Shown one piece after another: positions 20,008-29,195 of a stretch of DNA of 34,251 nt; position 1 is the first letter of the stretch, and each line of letters begins with the position of its first letter. The translations under genes were made by a program, and so were the position numbers. The stretch spans positions 1-34,251 of the forward strand of contig JBDRIG010000053.1 in the NCBI GenBank assembly GCA_043816185.1, given 5' to 3'. Below the pieces are notes generated by a model. The model did no database searches. It was not told the origin of the DNA and saw only the letters and a list, made by a program, of their open reading frames with translations. The DNA is from Elusimicrobiota bacterium (lineage in GTDB: Bacteria; Elusimicrobiota; UBA8919).

Positions 20008-21942
20008 TTATCTTAACACTGCAATAACATTTGTTGTTTTATCTTTTTTAGTAGCGGTTTCTGCGGTAAGTTGATAAAAATACATTCCATTGCTCACAAT
20101 TGAGCCTGAATTATTATTACCTCTCCATTCAATAGAGTATAATGTATTTGCATTTTGCTGACTCTTGTCTTCTTCGTAAACAATATCCCCTGCGAGGCTA
20201 TAAATTACTAATTTTACTGATGCTGCTTCAGAAAGTAAATATGCAAAAACTGCTCCATCTTTTATGCCATCACCATTTGGTGAAAACGGATTATTTACAA
20301 TGGTAAACAACTTGATTATTTTTTCTGCCTGTACTGTTACCAGTAAATCTTTATTTATATCGTATAGATTTCTAACTGAAACTGTTCCTGCTCCACCAGT
20401 GTTCCTGGATACAACAAAGGATATCGTCTTAATCTTTTTCAAATCAAGCGTATCTACTATATTCCCCTGTAAATCTTTACCACTTTTTAACAAAGAAAAT
20501 TCTTCAAACGGAATAAGCATATCGTTCCAAACATTATTCGTATTTGTAATATTAAAAAATTTTCTATAAAATGTTGTTTCGTTTTTATCGGCAATTTTAA
20601 ACTCTAAATTATTGTTTGCACCTGAACCTTTATACTGAAACCATATCGTATCAGAATTGGCAATATTTGTTCCCCAATCACGCTCAAGAACCACCCAATC
20701 GTCTATATTCGCTGGCAAACGATTAAAACTATATTGTAACCCAATCGCATCGTCACTAAGTCCCGCCACATTTGCAATTTTTGTTGTTGTAATTTCTTTA
20801 TCCTCATCTTTACCATAATTTACCCAGCCAGAAGTTTTGCAATATGAGTTCATACTATCAATTAAACCGATTGCACTACTACTATTTGTTCCACCAGAAG
20901 TAAATCCGATGCGATCAATATATACAATTCCTGCAAGAGGATCTTGGTCAAAAACAAAATTTATTTGTTTAACAGCAGTTGAAATTAAATTAGTAAAATC
21001 GGAAAGTGGTACTAATACTTCTTGGTAGGTCGTAGAAGTTCCCGTCGGTAAATAGGCGGCAAGTTGAACAGATTTTGTAGTTGTTGATATATCGTTGAGT
21101 TCTATTTTAAATTTTCTTTCAGCAACATCACTTTTTACATAAAATTTTAGATGTGTGTATAAACTTAAATTTCTATAACCACTGTCACCAGCTGAACTTA
21201 AAAATATATAGTAGCCACACCACTTGGCTGGCGGAAGATTGTAAGTTAATAACAACGCATAAATTCCTTCGTATTTATCAGTTGTATAGCTAACCGTTGG
21301 ATTGTAAAGCCCATCTTGCGACATTATGCCTTCGTTACCACCAGCCTCATTTGGAGGTATACCAAAGTCGAAAGAATCAACAAGAAGAAAGTCGTTTGTA
21401 TCGAATTTATAGGATTCGATTTTATCAATTGCAATACTGCCACTACCACCGTCGGAAGGCGTAACAGCAAATGCTAATTTCGAAATTTTCTTTGTATCGA
21501 GTACACCGTTTCCCATTCCAGGCCAGCAAGACAAACTACTAAATGGAACGATCATTTCTGTCCACTGAGAAATATCGGTAACCTTTTCTATTTTTCTATC
21601 AAATACGTCGCCATCAGTATCGTAAATTTGCAATTTCAGATGATTTTCTGAACCAGAACCTTTGAAGTAAAATTTTATTGCATCACTTGCTGAAATATCC
21701 AAATCTGCAAATATATTGTTGTATAATTCAATCCAGTTGCCACTATTAAAATCATAACTTATTTTGTTTGCATTTTCAGAAATTACAACAGATGCAACTA
21801 CATCAGTATCAGCACTAATCGTCCAAGGCAGATTCGCATCATAACTAATACTTTTAGATTCAGATGCACAGCAATCTGTTTTAGATAATAAAAAACAAAA
21901 CAACATTAATATTATTGTTTTTTTCAGACCTTTCTCCGCCAT
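20008..21942 (-). CDS. Secreted protein with three CBM11/CIA30-like domains and a C-terminal gliding-motility/T9SS type-B-like CTD (FlgD-Ig)
   Basis: Three repeats such as FYFKGSGSENHLKLQI...W.EM.VPFS.L...I.ID.I; C-terminus NNPFSPNGDGIKD...KLVIYSLAGDIV...WRGNNNSGSIVSNGMYFYQL...IAVLR. Start overlaps the upstream stop (TAATG). Confidence 0.8.
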   Translation of the reverse strand: MAEKGLKKTIILMLFCFLLSKTDCCASESKSISYDANLPWTISADTDVVASVVISENANKISYDFNSGNWIELYNNIFADLDISASDAIKFYFKGSGSENHLKLQIYDTDGDVFDRKIEKVTDISQWTEMIVPFSSLSCWPGMGNGVLDTKKISKLAFAVTPSDGGSGSIAIDKIESYKFDTNDFLLVDSFDFGIPPNEAGGNEGIMSQDGLYNPTVSYTTDKYEGIYALLLTYNLPPAKWCGYYIFLSSAGDSGYRNLSLYTHLKFYVKSDVAERKFKIELNDISTTTKSVQLAAYLPTGTSTTYQEVLVPLSDFTNLISTAVKQINFVFDQDPLAGIVYIDRIGFTSGGTNSSSAIGLIDSMNSYCKTSGWVNYGKDEDKEITTTKIANVAGLSDDAIGLQYSFNRLPANIDDWVVLERDWGTNIANSDTIWFQYKGSGANNNLEFKIADKNETTFYRKFFNITNTNNVWNDMLIPFEEFSLLKSGKDLQGNIVDTLDLKKIKTISFVVSRNTGGAGTVSVRNLYDINKDLLVTVQAEKIIKLFTIVNNPFSPNGDGIKDGAVFAYLLSEAASVKLVIYSLAGDIVYEEDKSQQNANTLYSIEWRGNNNSGSIVSNGMYFYQLTAETATKKDKTTNVIAVLR

Positions 21943-24434
21943 TATTTAATTTTTAACTTACCTAATTTTATTCCTGCTGGTGTGTTTTTGAATGACCAAT
22001 TAATTTTTTTTTCTTCACTTCCGTCTTTATCTATGTCATGTGCAGCAACTGACATACCTAAGAAAGCATTGTTTTCTGGTTTCATGCCGAGAAACGACCA
22101 TTTTATTTTTGAATTAATTTTATATCCATCTGCTGTTTGACGAACCGAAATATCCACATTTCCTTCTGGATCTACGTTCTGAAAAAATGCGTATGCAATT
22201 GGTTTTTTCTCAATACTATTTGGCGCAAAACCAATCTGAAAATTTCTTTTATCGCCCCAAATTAAAGTATCTGAATTTGGACTCAAATATAGTTCAACAC
22301 AGTCAGATCTATAAATTCCATCTTTTTTTTCTGAAGCAATTATTTTATTATCTGTGACATCTACAATAAAGTAAAGATACTCGTCGTTGTACAAAAATGC
22401 AAATTTTGCACTCAAATCGGTTGGTGTTTTTATACTACCAAATTCAATATTTTCTGATTGCGAAAAATCAATAAAATCAGCATCTTTCAATTCATTGATT
22501 GATTTTACTGCTCTTGCAGTATACACATTGGGCATAAATTCAGATTTTTCCTCGCCAAACTTACTTTTTAGATGTGTTACATCTATTTTTTTTCCACCCG
22601 ACTTAAAATATGCTCTTTCTAATCCTTTTTGAATGTATGGATTTTTCATAAAATATTTCCACACAAAATCACTGCGATAATTTTCTATCATCACCAATGT
22701 TATACCTAAATCAATTCCAATATGTTCAGTCGAAAACCAGTTTGCATCTATATTAAATGCACTTACAAACCCATATCTATCGTCCCATACTCTATAGCCA
22801 TGTTCAAATAGAAGTTTTCGTAATGTAGAAATTGCTAATTGCGGTACAAATGGCATTGAAGCACAAATTGCATATGGTGCGATCGTACCATCGTTGGTAA
22901 AGATTGTTGCACCATAATTTTTATATCCGTAGGGACCGTCGCTTGCAGACAAACCCCAAAAACCGTCCATGTAAGTTTTGTATTTATCTTTATGCTCCTT
23001 GCAAAATTCTATACTTGATTTAGTAGCGGTAAGCGAATTGTTCCAATAGTTAGCATATTTATCATATTTATTTCTAAAATCAATAAATCCATGCGAATAC
23101 TGATATGTGAACAGCGATTCGCTTTCACAATAAATGTACGATTGATTTTTATATGATTTTACAGGTCTTCTGAATGAATCCCAAGAATCTTCGGGGAGAG
23201 GGTATGTTGGTGAGCCTAACCCCAATACATATATAAGCATCTCCTCACCAAACATATCCCATAAAATGAATTTCTTAAATTTATCTTCTGGCGTCCAACC
23301 CATATATAGTGTTTTGGATTTGTCGTCCATTATCCATGTCCATTCAACGCCAGAATATATTTCATCACATAGTAATTTTATATCCTGCTCCAAAAAGTAT
23401 TCTTTTGCCGTTATTACACCTGCAAGCAATAACGCCGTATCTACTGATGAAATCTCGGAATTCCACACGCGAGAACCAATATGCATGTTAACAAAATGGT
23501 AAAAAAAACCATGCTCACCTGCCAATTTAGTTTTTATTGCTTCAAGTGTTTTCTTCACCCTATCGTATGCCTGTTGATGTGTAATCCATTTTCTTGAATC
23601 ACCAATACAAATGGCTGTTAATCCAAAACCAGTTGCAGCAATACTTGAAGGTGAATCTAATCTTGATCTATCTTTTACAAATCCAGTTGCATAATTTGAT
23701 TCATTCCAAAAATAGTTAAATGTTTTTTTAGAAATCAACTCCAGTAGTTCATCTTTCGGTAATCGAGATATTTTTTCAAACTCTCGTTTTTTTTGCTCAA
23801 TCTGTTCTTGAATAACCACATTCCTGCTTTCATACTCGTATTCACCATGGTTATTATCAAAAACTATATCATCTAAAAATATTTCTCCAGATGAATTACC
23901 TAATCGCTCTCCTTCAAAAACAAAAACCAGTTCTGTCATTTTGCTGAAGTCGGTTATACCGCGAAACTTGTTTAACGGAATCGATATTTTCCTCCAATTT
24001 TGATTAATACCTGTCACGGCATATGAGCCAGATTCACCCAGATAATTTTTTAGTTCAATTTTGAATACCGACGGCAATACGGTTCCACATTTGATAAAAA
24101 ATTCTAACAGTGTATAAGCCCTTATGTTGATTCCGTTAAGTTTTGAATAGTAACCATTATAGGCACTTTCTGTGACCTTATAATTTAACTTCAACACTAT
24201 TGTTGGACGATTACTACCGCTGATATTATCTTGTAGAAATTCCGAAACGCAATATTCACTTTCCTCTAACAGATCTTTTTCCCAAACAGACGACAATCCA
24301 CCAATTAGATTTATATTATTTCGTAATTCAAAATCATCAACCACTAAGGCAGAGCCAAAGCACGCAATAGCAAATTCGATGATTATCAGCGGAATAAAAA
24401 CTATTTTATTTAGCGACATTTTATTTAGCGACAT
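21942..24434 (-). CDS. Secreted GH144/SGL-clan ('glucoamylase-like') glucanase with N-terminal CBM11/CIA30-like and C-terminal CBM9/DOMON-like domains
   Basis: SIAATGFGL, HGFFYHF, SEISSVDTALLLAG, LYMGWTPE, LGLGSPT, LFTYQYSH, WGLSASDGP, DGTIAP, IGIDLG..LVMIENYR; C-terminal YLYFIVDVTD...SDCVELY. Confidence 0.82.
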   Translation of the reverse strand: MSLNKMSLNKIVFIPLIIIEFAIACFGSALVVDDFELRNNINLIGGLSSVWEKDLLEESEYCVSEFLQDNISGSNRPTIVLKLNYKVTESAYNGYYSKLNGINIRAYTLLEFFIKCGTVLPSVFKIELKNYLGESGSYAVTGINQNWRKISIPLNKFRGITDFSKMTELVFVFEGERLGNSSGEIFLDDIVFDNNHGEYEYESRNVVIQEQIEQKKREFEKISRLPKDELLELISKKTFNYFWNESNYATGFVKDRSRLDSPSSIAATGFGLTAICIGDSRKWITHQQAYDRVKKTLEAIKTKLAGEHGFFYHFVNMHIGSRVWNSEISSVDTALLLAGVITAKEYFLEQDIKLLCDEIYSGVEWTWIMDDKSKTLYMGWTPEDKFKKFILWDMFGEEMLIYVLGLGSPTYPLPEDSWDSFRRPVKSYKNQSYIYCESESLFTYQYSHGFIDFRNKYDKYANYWNNSLTATKSSIEFCKEHKDKYKTYMDGFWGLSASDGPYGYKNYGATIFTNDGTIAPYAICASMPFVPQLAISTLRKLLFEHGYRVWDDRYGFVSAFNIDANWFSTEHIGIDLGITLVMIENYRSDFVWKYFMKNPYIQKGLERAYFKSGGKKIDVTHLKSKFGEEKSEFMPNVYTARAVKSINELKDADFIDFSQSENIEFGSIKTPTDLSAKFAFLYNDEYLYFIVDVTDNKIIASEKKDGIYRSDCVELYLSPNSDTLIWGDKRNFQIGFAPNSIEKKPIAYAFFQNVDPEGNVDISVRQTADGYKINSKIKWSFLGMKPENNAFLGMSVAAHDIDKDGSEEKKINWSFKNTPAGIKLGKLKIK
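24405..24434. repeat. Perfect 15-bp tandem duplication at a stop/start junction
   Basis: tttatttagcgacat twice, giving MSLNK-MSLNK. Confidence 0.9.
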
Positions 24435-25098
24435 AAATGTTGTCTATATTTATTGTACCTGTTTTAGGTGTAGATGTTATATCATCAAAAACAATGACAA
24501 ACTCTGTCATTTCTGCAAAATCAGTTATACCACGAAAATTTTCAAATACAACAACCTTTTCTTGCCATTGTTCTGTGACACCCATAATAAGAGCGCGTCC
24601 AACCTCACCTTTTGCATTTTTTAACTCTATTTTAAATTTATCAGTAAACTTTGTTGTTCTATTACCCTTGACAGATAAACACAATTTTTTATATGGTCTA
24701 AAATCAGTACCCTCAAGTTTCATCCAGAAGCCATTATACGCTGGATTTTTTGAATCAACATCATATACGAGTTTTACAGAAAATCCCTCGTCTCCAACTT
24801 TTACATCATAATCAAAGCTTTCCTTGCAGAACTGAGTTTTGTCAGTCGGATCTTTATCCCATCCACCAAAACCACCACCAAGCATATTTGGTTTTACACC
24901 AGCGTTGAAGTCGTCAATAAATAACTTTTCGGGTACTACCTTTTTAACCTCTGGTTGTTGAACTACTACCTGCTTAACTTCTTGCTGTTTAACAACAGTA
25001 AACCGTGACTTTTCCTCTTCCATTTCTAACGATGCACAACCTGCAAAAAATACAACTGTCAAAACCACTGCACAATACTGAGACGCTGTTTTTAACAT
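24421..25098 (-). CDS. Lipoprotein with a single CBM11/CIA30-like domain
   Basis: Lipobox FFAG-C; IDDFNAGVKPNMLGG...YNGFWMKL...FKIELK...TEFVIVFD...GTINIDNIY; AAGGAGG SD. Confidence 0.8.
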   Translation of the reverse strand: MLKTASQYCAVVLTVVFFAGCASLEMEEEKSRFTVVKQQEVKQVVVQQPEVKKVVPEKLFIDDFNAGVKPNMLGGGFGGWDKDPTDKTQFCKESFDYDVKVGDEGFSVKLVYDVDSKNPAYNGFWMKLEGTDFRPYKKLCLSVKGNRTTKFTDKFKIELKNAKGEVGRALIMGVTEQWQEKVVVFENFRGITDFAEMTEFVIVFDDITSTPKTGTINIDNIYVAK

Positions 25099-25250
25099 TG
25101 TGTTCCTCCTTTTTTAATTTTGGCTCCGTAAAATATTTTCATTTTTTTACAGAACCTATTTTTTTCGTTATTATGGACAACGACAAATATTGTACTAATT
25201 TTTTTTCAAATTACAACTGAATAAAATAAAAAAGAAAAGATTTTTTTATC

Positions 25251-25313
25251 TTTCCGATTTTTGATTTCCGATTTTCAATTTTCAGTTTCCGATTTTTGAT
25301 TTCCGATTCTCAA
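25251..25313. repeat. Heptamer tandem array (9 units, consensus tttccga/tttttga), resuming at 25454-25474
   Basis: tttccga tttttga tttccga ttttcaa ttttcag tttccga tttttga tttccga ttctcaa. Confidence 0.85.
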
Positions 25314-25342
25314 TGAGACCGTGCCACAATAGCAAAATGTCC

Positions 25343-25464
25343 GTCGTTGCGAGTGACCTTGCCGTCGTTGCAAGAAGCGAATGAAATGAGCGACGAAACA
25401 ATCTCGAACTTCAACTTCAACACAGAGATTGCCACAAGCCCTCCGTGTAATACTTCTCAATTTC
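25343..25464. repeat. REP-like dispersed repeat, copy B
   Basis: gtcgttgcgag...agaagcgaatgaaatgagcgacgaaacaatctcg...gagattgccac...gtgtaatacttctcaatttc; matches 12872-12955. Confidence 0.8.
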
Positions 25465-25471
25465 CGATTTT

Positions 25472-26560
25472 CTAAAATTTATACGACATTGAAACCCTGT
25501 GTGAGCCTGTGGTTTCTTGAATCTCTAACGGCCACAAAAAAGCGTAATCAAGTTGTAGTTTAAACTTAAGTTTTGCAACTCTACGATTATATTTAATTTT
25601 TGCAGGAGTCCCTATACTTAATCCAGAAGATAACTCAGTACTGTTCACGCCAAATCGTAAACCAATTAGTTCATTTGCAAACCATGCTTCAGAACCAAAA
25701 CATAAATTCAATTTATCGCTTGTCTTGCCCCATTGCTGATTACGTCCTGCAACATCTAGAGAAAATAAAATGTTTTTTATTACATTAAATTTTTTAATTT
25801 TGTATGCTCCGCCAATTCGTATTTCTGCTGGAACAATGTCTCTGGTTTTTAATCCAACGTCTGGTTGATTTATGTTTTTCAACATAATACCAAAAGATAA
25901 ATCAGACAATTTTTTAGGAAATGGTTTAGAAAATAATCCAAAATCTATTGTGATATTAGACCTTGATTTTCCTTGCACAAACACAGGATCGTCAACAGTA
26001 TAATTATCTAAAATATATGAGTGTTGTAAATATTTTATATTTAGTCCAAGTGAAATTTCTGGAACCAATTTTCGTCTGAAATAGTGTTTAATAAGATCAT
26101 TTATTTTTCTCGCATATGTTAAACTTACAGTATCCTCTCTATATTGTTTGGCAGAAATAAAACTTGCCCAGTTTAAGCCAAATGAACCAACATATTTTAC
26201 AGGAAAGACACACGCAACATAGCTTGTTTCCAAATCCACGGTATCTAAACCAGTATATAATTTTGCATACATAAAATTTAGTTCATTATATTTTACTTGA
26301 TAAATGCCGGCTGGGTTATACAATATCCCGCATGCATCGTTGCTAACTGCCGTAAATGCACCGCCCATACCAACAGGTCGTGTGCCCCAACCAGTATCCT
26401 TAAAAGCAGAGTGTAGAAGTGTAAGATGTAAAGTGTAAAATAAAATCAGTGTAAAACATAAAGTATAAAGTAACAAAAAAAATTTCTTTATACCTAATAT
26501 CCGACGAGTTACACCATTTTTATCGTTTGATATTTTATGTTGTTCCATTTTTTTTCTCAT
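25472..26560 (-). CDS. PorV/PorP-SprF/FadL-like outer-membrane barrel protein
   Basis: SAFKDTGWGTRPVGMGGAFTAVSNDACGILYNPAGI, NINQPDVG, LQLDYAF...GSHRVSMSYKF (terminal Phe). Exact start uncertain. Confidence 0.82.
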   Translation of the reverse strand: MRKKMEQHKISNDKNGVTRRILGIKKFFLLLYTLCFTLILFYTLHLTLLHSAFKDTGWGTRPVGMGGAFTAVSNDACGILYNPAGIYQVKYNELNFMYAKLYTGLDTVDLETSYVACVFPVKYVGSFGLNWASFISAKQYREDTVSLTYARKINDLIKHYFRRKLVPEISLGLNIKYLQHSYILDNYTVDDPVFVQGKSRSNITIDFGLFSKPFPKKLSDLSFGIMLKNINQPDVGLKTRDIVPAEIRIGGAYKIKKFNVIKNILFSLDVAGRNQQWGKTSDKLNLCFGSEAWFANELIGLRFGVNSTELSSGLSIGTPAKIKYNRRVAKLKFKLQLDYAFLWPLEIQETTGSHRVSMSYKF

Positions 26561-26584
26561 TTTAGTAAACCTACACCATCACTC

Positions 26585-28363
26585 TTATTTTGCCACAGCA
26601 ATTGTTCCGCTGACGAGTTTCGTTTTATCACCTACTTTTGCTTTGAATTGATAAATATACACGCCACTCTCAACAATATTTCCAGATTCGTCTAAACCAT
26701 CCCATCTTGGCCCGCTCGAACTATCCTGATTTATTGTTATTACTTTTCTACCTGTGATATCGTAAATATTTATTTCAAATTCATTATCTAACTTATTAAA
26801 ATTTGCAAAATCATTGTGTGTATCGACACTTGCTGGTGTAATTATTCTTTCTTTCGGTCGATAATCAGCAGCGGTCAACGGTTTTATTGGAAAAACTCCA
26901 AACAATGAAAAATGCATAATTTTTGCACTAACAGTATTTAACAACGTGTCTACTTCGCCACCAACAAGCCGCCATTCAAATCCATCCCACCAGAATATAC
27001 CAAGTTTTGTTTCATCGGTATCTATCTCTGTACCGTCTAACGATTCTGGCTTACCATTATTATCTAAGTCAAGATAAAGCAATGTTAGCTGTGCGGGTTT
27101 TTTAAACGATAGGCCGGATGGACCAAACTCATATATAGCAACTGGTCTTTTACTTCCAGCAGCACCATTACCGTCGGAAATATCAGGGTCAGACGGATCC
27201 CTGTTGATAACTGAAATATCTATCTCGTTTGCAAGCGCTCCGTCTGGAATATTTAAAGATGTAATGCCATCGTCAGGATTACCGTCTAAAATTTCTATAA
27301 GTCCCCTTTTTATACCAAGAAATGCAGATTTTGAATTTATTTCTATTACCTGCGGACTACTTTCATCTTTATCTTCCCACCATTTAGTAGCGTCATATTC
27401 ATCGGTTGCCTCTATTGCATAATAAACTTTACCGACAATATCTGCTTCGGTTGATTTGATTACGGCGTAGCAATTCTTACTATATGGCTGCCCATTTAGA
27501 ACCATATCTTTTGTTCGCCAATTGCTGTTATTTATTTTATAATGTAATTTCACAGATTTAACTCCATCCTCATCATCTACAGTTGCATTTATAACTATTT
27601 TATTTCCAAGCATATTAATTTTTCGAAATGATGTATGACTAATTTCAGGCGGTGTTGGTGTTCCACTAATACCTGAACATAAATCAAACCAGATTGTTCC
27701 AGAATAGTCACCTGCGGCGATATTGCTCAATACTCCCTCGACATATAGATATATTGGTGAGTTACAAAGTGTATTATCGGGCAATTTGCTATAGTTAAAA
27801 CCACCGTAGACAATTTTTGTATATCCTGCTTCTTGTGCTTTACTCCAAGATTCGTCGTCACTTGGCGTTTCAGGTATATCAACATCTCTCCTATCTTTTA
27901 GCCATAACCAACCAGACGATTCTTCGCTTGGACTACCATTCAATATTGAACTTTGCGTAGAATCAAATACTTTCCAGCCAAGTGGCAATCTTGATGTGTT
28001 GGCAGATGTATTTAACAACCCACCTTTTTGATACCCCGTTTCAGCGGTAGTGTTGTTTGTATAAACATCGATTCCCCACGCCAAACTGCCTGTTCTTGGT
28101 TGAAAATTTATTTCTAAATACTGTTGCGAGAGTTTATAGGTTTCATCATAAGATATGTTGCCAAAATCCAACCTTTCGGCTGTTTGATTATCGGAAATGT
28201 TTTTAAGTGCAACTGTTAAACTACCACTACTATAGATAGTCGCACCATTGACAGCAATTAAATTATTTTTAACGCTACTACGAGAAATTGTTAAATCACT
28301 ATTGGCGATAAGAGCCGTTATGGTAATTAACAAGTATACGAAAACAAAAATTATATTTTTCAT
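26585..28363 (-). CDS. Secreted multidomain protein: WxL/pilin-like domain, Ig-like domain, ZU5-like domain (HFS motif), T9SS-like CTD
   Basis: Signal peptide; N-domain paralogous to 28366-29088; LNIPDGAL...YEFGPSGLSFKKPAQLTL...HFSLFGV; C-terminal IYDITGRKV...WDGLDESGNIVESGVYIYQF...IAVAK. Confidence 0.75.
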   Translation of the reverse strand: MKNIIFVFVYLLITITALIANSDLTISRSSVKNNLIAVNGATIYSSGSLTVALKNISDNQTAERLDFGNISYDETYKLSQQYLEINFQPRTGSLAWGIDVYTNNTTAETGYQKGGLLNTSANTSRLPLGWKVFDSTQSSILNGSPSEESSGWLWLKDRRDVDIPETPSDDESWSKAQEAGYTKIVYGGFNYSKLPDNTLCNSPIYLYVEGVLSNIAAGDYSGTIWFDLCSGISGTPTPPEISHTSFRKINMLGNKIVINATVDDEDGVKSVKLHYKINNSNWRTKDMVLNGQPYSKNCYAVIKSTEADIVGKVYYAIEATDEYDATKWWEDKDESSPQVIEINSKSAFLGIKRGLIEILDGNPDDGITSLNIPDGALANEIDISVINRDPSDPDISDGNGAAGSKRPVAIYEFGPSGLSFKKPAQLTLLYLDLDNNGKPESLDGTEIDTDETKLGIFWWDGFEWRLVGGEVDTLLNTVSAKIMHFSLFGVFPIKPLTAADYRPKERIITPASVDTHNDFANFNKLDNEFEINIYDITGRKVITINQDSSSGPRWDGLDESGNIVESGVYIYQFKAKVGDKTKLVSGTIAVAK

Positions 28364-28365
28364 TT

Positions 28366-29088
28366 TTAATAAACCAAATCAAACCATACACTACTACTAT
28401 ATGACATTTTACCTTCAATATAATTAAACAAACCTTCTAAATAAACTACAATCGGCGAAACCGCAGATATACCATAAGACAAGTTTTTATAACTCGGTCC
28501 ACCATATAATATTGTTGGATAACCAGTGTTGTATGAGGCAGTCCAGCTTTCATCCCATGCGGTTGTATTTGGGTCATCTATGTCGGCTTTATCCTTCACA
28601 TAAATCCACGCAGCAGAAATTGTCGTAGTTGAACCATTAACTGTATTTTTTATCAATTCACCTGGCTCGCCAATATTTGCAATAGAAACAACTGAGTCGG
28701 AAACAACCAAACCAAGTGGCACACGAACGGTTGTTGTAGATGTGCTTAACAATCCGCCTTTTTGATACCCAGTTTCTGCGGTAGTGTTGTTTGTATAAAC
28801 ATCAACTCGCCAGGAAAAATAGTTACAATTCGCTGACAATTCAATATATTGTTGTGCTGATTGCCACCCAGAACCAAGAATTTGATCTGCCCAGTTAACA
28901 GACAGAACCTCTGCATTGTTGGACACGTTTTTAATTTTAATATTGATTTCGGATACGCCAAGAACTGTAGATGTGGAAGGTATTCCCACCGATACATCAA
29001 TATCAGCAAACAAATTTTTACTGCCAAAAATTGCAGATACGATAATTGATATGATAGTTAGACAAAACAATAATTTAATTTTTTTCAT
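28366..29088 (-). CDS. Secreted single-domain protein of unknown function (WxL/pilin-like)
   Basis: Signal peptide, beta-rich, ends YSSSVWFDLVY; shares DVYTNNTTAETGYQKGGLL and W...KD..D.D.P.T...DESW with the next gene. Confidence 0.7.
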   Translation of the reverse strand: MKKIKLLFCLTIISIIVSAIFGSKNLFADIDVSVGIPSTSTVLGVSEINIKIKNVSNNAEVLSVNWADQILGSGWQSAQQYIELSANCNYFSWRVDVYTNNTTAETGYQKGGLLSTSTTTVRVPLGLVVSDSVVSIANIGEPGELIKNTVNGSTTTISAAWIYVKDKADIDDPNTTAWDESWTASYNTGYPTILYGGPSYKNLSYGISAVSPIVVYLEGLFNYIEGKMSYSSSVWFDLVY

Positions 29089-29195
29089 TTTTATGCGTGT
29101 GGACTATCCCTCGTCCCGATTTATTGGGGCTTCGCCATCAGACTGTGTCACAATGACAGACAAATACCCTGCTATATCTTTTTGTTCTTCAGGTT

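Noticed and set aside
25275..25460. 61-aa minus-strand ORF
   Set aside because: Composed entirely of REP-like and heptamer repeat DNA; no SD or protein features.
25251..25474. Possible CRISPR array in the repeat-rich gap
   Set aside because: Units are contiguous 7-mers without unique spacers; no cas genes in the window.
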